DNA from: a virus
Lineage: Duplodnaviria > Caudoviricetes
Reading direction: 5' to 3' (one strand)
Virus record (IMG/VR): IMGVR_UViG_3300036791_000517
Span: 1 to 61,573 of that record
DNA: 61,573 nt
Shown: piece after piece, positions 53,029 to 61,573 of the stretch
How positions within the stretch are numbered: the first letter of the stretch is position 1
Layout of the letters: each line of letters opens with the position of its first letter
Notes under the pieces: model-generated
Database searches by the model: none
What the model saw: the letters and a program-made list of their open reading frames with translations, nothing else
What the model was told of the DNA's origin: nothing
Translations under genes and position numbers: made by a program

Positions 53029-54231
53029 ATGGCTGATACGGCGTTCGACCCTGGCGCTCCGCCGATGCTGTACGGCAATCAGCCGCCGCCGCTTGCCGAA
53101 CCGCCACCTGTTGAGCAAGCGCAAGCGCCGCCGTCGCGCGCTATCAATCCTAATTGGTATCCGCCGCTTCCGCGGGAGCCAACCCCGGAGGTTAGCCAGC
53201 CGCCAGCGCAGGGCGATCAGCCAACGCCAACGCATGAACCGCCGCCCTTGCCGACGAAGGAACCGCCCCCGGCCGTTCAGCAGCCAGACTTCGACGAGCA
53301 ACAGGAAGAGCTGGCTCGTAAAGCTCAGGAAGATCAAATGTACAATGGCACCGTGTTGGATACGACGGGTAAGCCGTTGCGCCCGCCAAAGCCAGTGACG
53401 GTCGATGACTATGCGAACAAGCGCGACGACATCAAGGAACTGCAAACGCTCATTCCGACTTTGCCGCCCAAGAGCCAGCCGTACTACATCAAACAAATGC
53501 AGGTGATGCGGCGCGAGCTCAATAATCAGGTCGATCAAGAGAATAAAAAAGCGTTGAAGGATTATCACGCCAAGCTGAGTGCCGACCTGCAGCCGACCAA
53601 GGTTCCGTATCAGAGCCCTAAGGTGCGCGCCGATCAAGCTGCCGTTCTAAAAGGTCCGGGTGACGAACTGCTGGCGCAGTCGCAGCAAGAGCAGGCCGCG
53701 ACAGACCCCAAAGAATCGTTTGACGCGCGCTACAATTTTACAGTGTCGCCTCTGAACACGATGGCAGGTCCGAAGAAAGTCGGGCCGGACGGCAATCCGA
53801 CGGCGGATTATGGACAGCTCTACCAAGCCGCAACCAACATTGCTTTGACGAACCAGCACATCCAGCCGGATCAGGTGATGCGCTACGTCATGATGGCGGG
53901 CTCGCCAGTTGTCACTTTGGACAAGGATAAGCACGTCGTTCCGACCATCAACGGCACTGGCATAAACGGTCGCAAGGGTGCGGCGGGTACCAATTACGAG
54001 GTTATCGGTCGCGATCCGCGTGACTATCACCTGTTGCGATTTGCCGACGGCACGACGTTGAGCGTCGACCCGATCAGCAAGGCGGCGCTCGAACGGGCGC
54101 GCGTTGAAGGCTATAAGGCAGGAAAGAAGTTCTTTGTTGACGAAGCGGCCAAGAAAGCGGAGGCCGAAAAGCCGGGCTTGGTCGAACGCGCCTATCGCAC
54201 CATCTGGCCTGCCATACCGAAGAGTGAATAA
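53029..54231 (+). CDS. Internal virion protein (putative)
   Basis: 400 aa, Pro-rich N-terminus, TAATG coupling to the giant gene. Confidence 0.75.
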   Translation: MADTAFDPGAPPMLYGNQPPPLAEPPPVEQAQAPPSRAINPNWYPPLPREPTPEVSQPPAQGDQPTPTHEPPPLPTKEPPPAVQQPDFDEQQEELARKAQEDQMYNGTVLDTTGKPLRPPKPVTVDDYANKRDDIKELQTLIPTLPPKSQPYYIKQMQVMRRELNNQVDQENKKALKDYHAKLSADLQPTKVPYQSPKVRADQAAVLKGPGDELLAQSQQEQAATDPKESFDARYNFTVSPLNTMAGPKKVGPDGNPTADYGQLYQAATNIALTNQHIQPDQVMRYVMMAGSPVVTLDKDKHVVPTINGTGINGRKGAAGTNYEVIGRDPRDYHLLRFADGTTLSVDPISKAALERARVEGYKAGKKFFVDEAAKKAEAEKPGLVERAYRTIWPAIPKSE

Positions 54232-57200
54232 TGGCAACTATTTTCACTGACCCCTCGTTCCTGACAGGCGTCAGGGACACGACGGCGGAGGATAAGCCGG
54301 ATACCGAACACCGGACATGGGGCGAACTGGGCGGTGACATTTTGTCAAAAGTCGCCGAACCGGCGGTTGGCGCGATACGCGCCGGTACGACGGCGTTGCG
54401 CGGGACGGGTCTGTTTCCGGAGACGACGAAGGCCGCCGACGAAGAGGTTGCTGACTGGCAGAAGGGCCTGAAGGAAGGTCTGTCGCCTCGTCAAAAGGCA
54501 ATCGATACTGCGTCGTATTTTCCAGAGTACGGCCAGCGCAGTGCATGGCCTGACATCGGCTCCAAGCTGTTGAGCGACGCTGCCGGATTTGCCGTTCCGG
54601 TCACAGCGGCGGCTCTTACAGGTGCGGGTGGCGCAGCGTTGGCAACGCGCGCCGGGCTGGGCATCGGCGCTGCGGCGACCACGGGTGCTGCGGCGACTGG
54701 TCTGGAGTTCGGTTTGCAGACTTTGGGCGAGACGCTGGCGCAACAGCGCGACTACGCCATGAAGACGTCGCTTGTTGAACTGCAGGCGTCACCGGTTTTT
54801 CAGAAGGCATGGCGCGAATTCGACGGCGATGAGAAGGCGGCTAGAGAGAAATTCTATCAGGACACCAAGGACGTTACCGGCGCGGTGATTAATGCTGCCG
54901 CCAGCGGTATGAGCTATGCCGCTATCGGTCGGCTGTTTCCTGCCGCCCAGCAGGATGCGGCGAATTTCGTCACCCGCCTGTTGACCGGCCGCACCGGCGG
55001 TGTTCTCAAGCGTGGCCTGCAAGGTGGGGCCGAGACAGGAACGGCCGGTGCGACGATGGCCGCGACCGGCGCCTACACGCAGCAGCAGCAGTTGGTCAAT
55101 GCGGGTCTGCAGCCCAACGTCGATCCGCATGTCATGGCGCAACGCACGGAGGAAGGCGCGCTCAGCATGCTGCCGCTGACGGCTTTGCATTTGCCCGGTC
55201 GAAAGGAAGCAGAACCACCGCCGCCCCCCGGCAAAGAGAAGCCGCCCGAGCCTGACAGCGAACTCAAGACGGTACTGTCCGGTCAGCTGGCGGTAGACAC
55301 CGGGCCGCCGCCCATCCCGGGTGGGCCTGAGGCACCGCACATGCCGCCGGGGCCGCAAGCGCCACAGCCCCGGGGCTATCAGGATTATGTCGATCGCAAC
55401 GCGCCGAAGGCGCCGCGTCGGCCGCCGCCGCGACCGGGCGTTCAGGAGGAATATGGCGATCAACTGCCGCCTCAACCCGAACCGCCTCCGGGTGCACCGC
55501 CGCCAGCTCCCGGTGCTGGACCACCTCCGCCGACACCCCCCGATGTCGGACCGCCGCCTTCTCCTCCAGCAGCTGAGCCATCGCCACTGCCGTCACCGCC
55601 TCCAGATGTAGCTGTGCCTCAACCGCCGCCCGGGCCAGCACCGGGCGTGCGTCGCGCTTGGTTGGAAAGGCAGCTTCAGACCGAAGCCGATCCTCGTCGT
55701 CGCGCTTGGCTGGAAGATCAGCTAAAACGCGAACCTCCTGCAGCTGGTCTTCCCCCAGAATCCCCCACTGCAGGACCGGCGCGCCCGGCTCCTCCGCCTT
55801 CCTTAGAGCCGGGCGTTGCCGGAGCGCCGTTCGAAGGCGGCCCCTATCTGCCGGGTCAGCCCGAGCGACCTTTACCGGGGTACCAACAGTACGCCGATCG
55901 CAACCGGCCTATCCCGCCGCGCTTCCAGCGTCGACTGGGCCGTCCCGGCGTTGAGGAGGAGTACGGTGATCAGCTGCCGCCTCAAGGCGCTGGTGAACCG
56001 TCTGCTGAATATCAAGCAGCGCTGGCACGGCGTGAAACACCCGAGCAGATGAAGGCGCGCGTCGCCGCTGCGGATGAGGCAGAGGCGGCTGCAACGCGGG
56101 CTAGGATAGCTGAGGGGAACGCTCGGACGAGGGCTCGCCTAGAAGCTGGCGACATCGAGAGAGTGAGGCAGGATCACGCTGCTGCTATGGCAAAACTGGC
56201 TGAACCAGCGGTGCGGGAAGTATCGCCAGAAACGCCAGTTACGCCGGGTACCATTCGAGTAACTGAGGCACCCCATGCGCGCACCGAGGCACCTCAAGTA
56301 ACCGAGGGTGCCGGTGGGACATCTGAAGCGGTTTCTCGACAGCAGGCGGAAGGGTTTGCCAGACTGGCCCACGAAAGGGCAGAGAAGGCTCAGGCAGAGC
56401 GCGACGCCGCGGTGGCTACCCTGCAGGAGGCTAGGGCGCCGCAACGCACTGGCAAGCAAAAAACCGGCCTTGAGCGGGCCCTTGAGACGGCCATCAAGGT
56501 CTACAAAGCGGGCGACCCGTCGCTCGAAGGATGGGCAGCGCTGCGTCGGCAGGCGATGAATGTCGAGCATCTCCGCCGCGAGGCCGGGCTCGCTCCCAAG
56601 GGTTATCTCAAACAGATCGGCGAGCGGCCGGGCGGACCTGAGCCAGCGGTATCGGCTGAGCTCGAAGGCAGGTTCGGCCAGCCCCGTGAAGTGCCGACCA
56701 TGCAGGGCGAGCTGTTGACGGCGGCCGAGAAGCAGTTCGTCGACCGGCTTGCCAAATTCCATGAAGAGATGCGGACGCCGTCGGACATAAGGGCGACGGC
56801 GGGACTGGAAGGCATGAGAGGGGTCGGCGCTACAGCAGAACGTAAGCCGCTGTCACGGCGAGACAGAATTCTTCGTAGCCAGTTGTTCCGGCGCGAAGCC
56901 CAGCGGCTCGATGCTGAACGCATTGCCAACGGCAAGGAACCGATATTCGTCAAGGCGCTGCCGCGCGTCGAACCACCGCTGAGGGGAATAGAACCGGTCG
57001 TGGCGAGGTTCAATGATTTGGCTGCTCAACTTCGCCCGCACCGTGCACTTCCGCCTAATGAATTTTTGAAAGTTAAAGCGGTGCGCGATGCACTTGAGGA
57101 GATGAGCAACATCCAATCGAAACAACCGTTGCTTACGCCGGAATGGGTTCGTCAAAAACTTCTAAAGGCTGATGAACGGTCAACTGCAATTGCGAAGTGG

Positions 57201-60200
57201 CGCGACCGATTAGCCGTCGAGAACGAACCATACATGCAGGCACGCGCGGCTGCGGGCAAACGCCTCTACGAGGCCGGTCCGGTGAGTGAGAGCACGGCGG
57301 CTGGGCAGAGGATCGAGCCCGGTACGTTCCAACATGAAGGTGAAACCATATCGCACGCCGAATTTGAACGGCGACAAGCAAACCTGCGGAAACAGCGTGC
57401 CCCCGGTACGCCCACAGCTCGTTTGATGGAGCAGGAAACGACCGCACAGCAGGAGGCGGCGAAGCGCCCGATGGGACAAGAGCGCTCGGTTGCACTGGTT
57501 CAGGAGAAACTAGCGCAGGAAATGGCGGCGGGTGCAGAGCGGCGTGAGTTTCGCGGCGACTTGCCGACGGCAGAGGAAGTCGCCAAAGCAGCCCAGGAAT
57601 TTTGGGCCGGTCAGCAGAGGCGTGCCAAGCAGACGACGCGAACTCAAACCACTCGGGCAAAACAATCGGCAGCGCGTGACGAGGCCATCAAGTTCACCAT
57701 CGACAGCGTGCTGGAGAAATATCTCGGCAAAGGTCTCAACGGCCTGCCTGAATTGCTCGACCCCTTGCAGGGGGTCAGCCATAAACCGGAACGGCCCAAG
57801 GAGCTGGTCACCAAACCAAAAGAGCGTGGCGCTGCGAGCTTCCGCGAACGGGAGGCAGATCGAAAACTAGAGGAAGAATATCGGGCTCGCTACACATTCT
57901 GGCGAGGCCAGTTGTATGAGCAGAGCAAGGCGGCGCGTGAACTGCTGCTGCCTATCATCGACGACATTATTTTTCTGGCAAAACACAACATAGAAAAACA
58001 GAAGGCACTGACAGCGCCGCGTGGCGGTTCGATCGTTTGGGATCTGCCTAGCGCTGAGAGGCTTCCCGATGGACGTCTACGCTACAAGATCGGCAAGACC
58101 GGAGAGGTGGCTGATCACTTCAACATGCTCGCCGACATGATGAACGCGCGTGAGGCCATCAAGCTCAGCATGGAAGCGGTTCCCGATGTTGGAGCGTTCG
58201 AAATCGGTGCGACCAAGACCACCGCTATTCCGGCGGCAACCATCGAACGCTATGGGCGCCGGACCAATAATTGGCTGGCGCGACTAGCCGACGACTGGCG
58301 CAACTATCACGCGGGAGATTTAGAGGCGATCAATGAACGACGTCGGGCGCACCGTGAGCAAGTTGAGGAGGAGAAGAGGGGTGTACAAGCGAAAGCGCCT
58401 GAAGGTGACGAGGAAGAAGGACTAACCAAGGACCTTCCGTCGCAGGAACTGACGCCGGAAGAAGCGCTGATCGAGAAGCAAGCGGCCGCTGGTCTCACTG
58501 AGCCGACAACCGAGGCGGCGCGTCGACAGCAGGCGAGGACGATACGAAAGGACTGGGCTCAGCTCATTGCCGATCGGGAGCGGTCGAAGAAGGGCAAGAA
58601 AATCGCGGGGTTGCGCAAAGCACTGCCACCGGAATTTTTTGCTAACGCACCTGAAAAACCTGCTGACTGGCCGACGGGAGTGCCATGGCCGCCCCGTCGC
58701 GAGTTGAGCGCTGAAGAATTCGCTGCTGCCAAGCAACGCCTCGAAGCATCGCAAGCCCGTGGTCAGCGGCTTACTGAGGCAGAGCTTGAACGTAAATTAG
58801 CGGATATCGAGGTGCACACCGTAGAAACAAGCCGCTTAGTCGGTGGTGAAGATCCTCGCAGTCTCGATCAGAAAATCGAGGATCTGAAGAACAATCGCCG
58901 TAACCGACCGATCGATGGGCCGCCACCTGAGACGGCACAGGAGCATGTCGCCGAAGTCAATGACGCGCGCGACGCGCTGGCGACCGACGACCCCCAGCAT
59001 CCGCTGATCAGCGATCCCGAACCGGCCAGCGCCTCGCTCGACCGGGCCAAGGAACTGATCATTGCAGGCGAGGCGGCCGATGTGTCGCCGTTCATCACCC
59101 CGGCGTTCCTTGACAAATTGTCAAAGGTCAATGACGGCGTGCAAGTCCTGCATGCGCCGGTCGAAGTGGTCGGTCGCGATGGCGAGGGTCAAGCCTTCTA
59201 CCAGCCCAACCACGACCGCATCGTGCTCAGCAACAACGTGTCGAGCGGCGACTACGTCAAGAACGTCGTGCACGAGCACGTCCATGCGGCGACCGAGAAC
59301 CTGCTGCATACCGACCCCGAGTTCAACGCCGAAGTCGAAGACTTGCGCCAGCGTGCCGAGCGTCATGCCGAGCGGGCTGGCGTCACCAACGAGCGCCTGC
59401 TCTACGGCCTGCGCGACCCGCATGAATTCCTGGCGGAGGCGTCGTCCAATCCGGAGTTCCGTGCCCTGCTGCAGCGGGCATCGGCGCCCGGTACGGGCGT
59501 CATTCAAGGCGTCAAGAATGTTTTGAACGGGCTCTATCGCACGGTGCGCGATGCGTGGCGCCGCTTGATGGGCAACGAGAAGGATGCCGACACCGCGCTC
59601 GACGTGTTGTTCCGCGACACCTCGACGGTGCTGGGCCGCACCGACAAGCTTTTAGCCAAGACGATGGATCGGCTGGCGATGGAAGGCAGGCCCGGTGCGA
59701 TCTCCGACGTCGCCGGGCGGCGCTACGGTCCGGTGCGCGATGCTGCCACCAAAGTGCTAACCAAGGCGCGTGACATGGCGGCCGGTAAAGGCAGTTTCGA
59801 TACGAGCATGTCGCTCCATACGACGCGCGATCTTGCCCATCGCGGCTCGCCCGAGTTCAGGAAACTCGTCGAGCCGATCACGCGAGTGATGGCTAAGATT
59901 GCCACCGAGCGGCAACGTCTCATCCGAGAGGAAGATCAACCTTATCTGTACAGCACGGCGAAGTGGTTCCGGGCGCTCAGCCGGGATGCCCAACGGGCCG
60001 TCAAGAAATTCCTCTATGATGAGACGATGCACGGCGCTTACGCCGACAAGTCGCTGACTGATGCCAAAAACAACCACGTCAATCTCAGTGCGCTGAGCGA
60101 TGCCCAGGTTGTCCGGAATCATCCGGAGATGCAGAAGCGCTTTGATGAGCTGGCAAAAATCAAGGGCTTCGTCGAGCATCGTGAGTTGCTGCATGAATTT

Positions 60201-61573
60201 TACGCCAAGCGCGAGAAGGAGATCCGCCACGAGGTAACCAAGGCATTGGTCGAGCATCTCGGTCTGCTGCCCAAGAATGCTGACACGCCAGCGCTGAAAA
60301 ATGCCGCGATGGAGCTGATCCAGAAGCACATCCTGGGTGAACCGCTCAACAACGTTGAGAAGGCGCGGCTCGAAGCGATCAAGAACGAGGCGGGGCGCGC
60401 CAACTATCGTGATCTGATTGGCCGCATCCGGCGCACGCCCGAGCTGAAGATGCTGGCCGGGCCGTACATCCCGCTGACGCGGCACGGCAACTGGGCGATC
60501 CTCGGCAATTTCAAGATGCCCGAAGGCGGCAACAACGGCGAGCGCACGGTCGGTTCGATTGATCGCGTAACCAAGCAACCGATCGACGACGGCGTGCGCA
60601 TGTTCGACACGCGGGAAGCTGCTGCGGATTTCGAGAAGCGCATGTTCGACAAATTCGGTGTCGCTCAGATCGGCGGCGGCGAATGGTTCATCGACCGGCG
60701 CACCGGCAAGCGGGCGCGCGAGTACACCGAAGATCAACTGCATGAACTGCAGGACAAGGACCCCGATCTGCGCAACCGCCTGCTCAAAGCCAAGGAGATC
60801 GAGCCCGGTCTGGTGGCCGAGGGACCGGACGTCTACGAGAAGAAATACTGGGTGAAGATGCAGCCCAAGCTGCTGGAGTTCCACGAGAACCAGAGTGAAG
60901 CCAATGCCAGCGCGGCGGCGTGGCGCGCCAAGCACGGCGACGACATCGACGTCTCCAATGCCGAGCCGGTACAGCGCGGCAGCGGCAAGGAGAATGAGAA
61001 ATACGCCAGCGCGCAGATGCAGAAGCTGATCGATCGTGCCGAGACCATGGACTCGTACCGCGATCTCAACGACGACCAGCAGGCCGCGCTCAAGGCTGGG
61101 CTCACCCTGCAGGCCGCCAAGCTCAGCCTGCGCCGCGGCGTGCGTCAGGGGTTCAAGCCGCGCGAGTATGTGGCCGGTGCCGACCCGGAAGATCTGATGC
61201 GCAACATGGAGGCGTATTCCGGGCAGACATCGGGCTATCTCGCCAACACGAAGTTCTACGTCGAGAAAAACAAGACGCGTGCCGATCTCGACAAGTACAT
61301 GCACGACACTCGCTACCAGCAAAATCAGATCAGCACGGTGCACGCCCGGGCACGCAACGAACTCTATCAAAGGATGGACGAGCCGACCGAAAGCAACGTC
61401 GACACGCCGTGGGATCGGGCGACCAACATTCTGCTCAAGGGATCGATGCTGAGCCGCTTGGCCGGTGCGTCGTATTTCATCACTAACGCGACCGAGCCAG
61501 GGGTGCTGGGTGCGCCCAATATGATGGATCATCACAACCCGGTTCGCGTCTATGGCGAAATGGCAAACACCTA
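54231..61573 (+). CDS. Giant polyvalent virion protein (about 2,948 aa when joined to 1631): HExxH metallopeptidase + PLxRFG-like domain
   Basis: ATG 54231 overlaps the upstream TAA. The track lists no + ORF in this frame, consistent with no stop before the window end. HEHVH at 59271, HEFLAE at 59421, YIPLTRHG near 60465. Confidence 0.85.
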   Translation, partial: MATIFTDPSFLTGVRDTTAEDKPDTEHRTWGELGGDILSKVAEPAVGAIRAGTTALRGTGLFPETTKAADEEVADWQKGLKEGLSPRQKAIDTASYFPEYGQRSAWPDIGSKLLSDAAGFAVPVTAAALTGAGGAALATRAGLGIGAAATTGAAATGLEFGLQTLGETLAQQRDYAMKTSLVELQASPVFQKAWREFDGDEKAAREKFYQDTKDVTGAVINAAASGMSYAAIGRLFPAAQQDAANFVTRLLTGRTGGVLKRGLQGGAETGTAGATMAATGAYTQQQQLVNAGLQPNVDPHVMAQRTEEGALSMLPLTALHLPGRKEAEPPPPPGKEKPPEPDSELKTVLSGQLAVDTGPPPIPGGPEAPHMPPGPQAPQPRGYQDYVDRNAPKAPRRPPPRPGVQEEYGDQLPPQPEPPPGAPPPAPGAGPPPPTPPDVGPPPSPPAAEPSPLPSPPPDVAVPQPPPGPAPGVRRAWLERQLQTEADPRRRAWLEDQLKREPPAAGLPPESPTAGPARPAPPPSLEPGVAGAPFEGGPYLPGQPERPLPGYQQYADRNRPIPPRFQRRLGRPGVEEEYGDQLPPQGAGEPSAEYQAALARRETPEQMKARVAAADEAEAAATRARIAEGNARTRARLEAGDIERVRQDHAAAMAKLAEPAVREVSPETPVTPGTIRVTEAPHARTEAPQVTEGAGGTSEAVSRQQAEGFARLAHERAEKAQAERDAAVATLQEARAPQRTGKQKTGLERALETAIKVYKAGDPSLEGWAALRRQAMNVEHLRREAGLAPKGYLKQIGERPGGPEPAVSAELEGRFGQPREVPTMQGELLTAAEKQFVDRLAKFHEEMRTPSDIRATAGLEGMRGVGATAERKPLSRRDRILRSQLFRREAQRLDAERIANGKEPIFVKALPRVEPPLRGIEPVVARFNDLAAQLRPHRALPPNEFLKVKAVRDALEEMSNIQSKQPLLTPEWVRQKLLKADERSTAIAKWRDRLAVENEPYMQARAAAGKRLYEAGPVSESTAAGQRIEPGTFQHEGETISHAEFERRQANLRKQRAPGTPTARLMEQETTAQQEAAKRPMGQERSVALVQEKLAQEMAAGAERREFRGDLPTAEEVAKAAQEFWAGQQRRAKQTTRTQTTRAKQSAARDEAIKFTIDSVLEKYLGKGLNGLPELLDPLQGVSHKPERPKELVTKPKERGAASFREREADRKLEEEYRARYTFWRGQLYEQSKAARELLLPIIDDIIFLAKHNIEKQKALTAPRGGSIVWDLPSAERLPDGRLRYKIGKTGEVADHFNMLADMMNAREAIKLSMEAVPDVGAFEIGATKTTAIPAATIERYGRRTNNWLARLADDWRNYHAGDLEAINERRRAHREQVEEEKRGVQAKAPEGDEEEGLTKDLPSQELTPEEALIEKQAAAGLTEPTTEAARRQQARTIRKDWAQLIADRERSKKGKKIAGLRKALPPEFFANAPEKPADWPTGVPWPPRRELSAEEFAAAKQRLEASQARGQRLTEAELERKLADIEVHTVETSRLVGGEDPRSLDQKIEDLKNNRRNRPIDGPPPETAQEHVAEVNDARDALATDDPQHPLISDPEPASASLDRAKELIIAGEAADVSPFITPAFLDKLSKVNDGVQVLHAPVEVVGRDGEGQAFYQPNHDRIVLSNNVSSGDYVKNVVHEHVHAATENLLHTDPEFNAEVEDLRQRAERHAERAGVTNERLLYGLRDPHEFLAEASSNPEFRALLQRASAPGTGVIQGVKNVLNGLYRTVRDAWRRLMGNEKDADTALDVLFRDTSTVLGRTDKLLAKTMDRLAMEGRPGAISDVAGRRYGPVRDAATKVLTKARDMAAGKGSFDTSMSLHTTRDLAHRGSPEFRKLVEPITRVMAKIATERQRLIREEDQPYLYSTAKWFRALSRDAQRAVKKFLYDETMHGAYADKSLTDAKNNHVNLSALSDAQVVRNHPEMQKRFDELAKIKGFVEHRELLHEFYAKREKEIRHEVTKALVEHLGLLPKNADTPALKNAAMELIQKHILGEPLNNVEKARLEAIKNEAGRANYRDLIGRIRRTPELKMLAGPYIPLTRHGNWAILGNFKMPEGGNNGERTVGSIDRVTKQPIDDGVRMFDTREAAADFEKRMFDKFGVAQIGGGEWFIDRRTGKRAREYTEDQLHELQDKDPDLRNRLLKAKEIEPGLVAEGPDVYEKKYWVKMQPKLLEFHENQSEANASAAAWRAKHGDDIDVSNAEPVQRGSGKENEKYASAQMQKLIDRAETMDSYRDLNDDQQAALKAGLTLQAAKLSLRRGVRQGFKPREYVAGADPEDLMRNMEAYSGQTSGYLANTKFYVEKNKTRADLDKYMHDTRYQQNQISTVHARARNELYQRMDEPTESNVDTPWDRATNILLKGSMLSRLAGASYFITNATEPGVLGAPNMMDHHNPVRVYGEMANT
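61447..61573. repeat. Terminal direct repeat (circular assembly overlap), copy 2
   Basis: Identical to 1-127. Confidence 0.97.

Noticed and set aside
59757-61535. 592-aa minus-strand ORF, plus similar long antisense ORFs (33045-34448, 51767-52972, 12319-13212)
   Set aside because: These are shadow frames of high-GC genes on the opposite strand, with no SD or motifs.
61447-61573. 127-bp terminal repeat as a biological direct terminal repeat
   Set aside because: The length equals a typical assembler k-mer and it falls mid-gene in frame, so it indicates circular assembly, not physical ends.

Overview
The window is a complete, circularly assembled dsDNA tailed-phage genome (Caudoviricetes, podovirus-like, high GC). 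The host is probably an alphaproteobacterium, which is an inference. Bases 1-127 are identical to 61447-61573 (assembly overlap), so the unit genome is 61,446 bp. A giant ORF missing from the ORF track (54231 -> end -> 1631, about 2,948 aa) crosses this junction and carries an HExxH metallopeptidase motif and a PLxRFG-like motif. The leftward arm (7062-31392) holds a primase/DUF927 helicase, SNF2-type helicase, VRR-NUC, Cas4-like exonuclease, family A DNA polymerase (Leu762) and about 35 small early genes. terS/terL lie on the minus strand. The rightward virion arm encodes portal, scaffold, capsid, three modular fibres, adaptors, tail collar, tail stabilisation protein, ejection proteins and small accessory genes. 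No integrase, tRNA, CRISPR array, reverse transcriptase or recognisable endolysin was found. The main unexplained patterns are: (i) two genome-wide 15-bp palindrome families, TTGACA-N3-TGTCAA (about 29 copies, 12 perfect, some forming the -35 box of sigma70 promoters) and TAACCCC-N-GGGGTTA (about 11 copies, often fused to Shine-Dalgarno (SD) sites); (ii) a [YFMH]xxGGx[VI] peptide motif repeated about 15 times in late proteins and bracketing domains; (iii) a duplicated structured-RNA element with different stem sequences but conserved pairing; (iv) a cassette-like fibre array; and (v) candidate anti-defence or host-takeover genes (Acb2/Tad1-like sponge, exported HNH, TFIIS-like zinc ribbon). 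All protein family calls come from motif recognition by eye, not from database searches.
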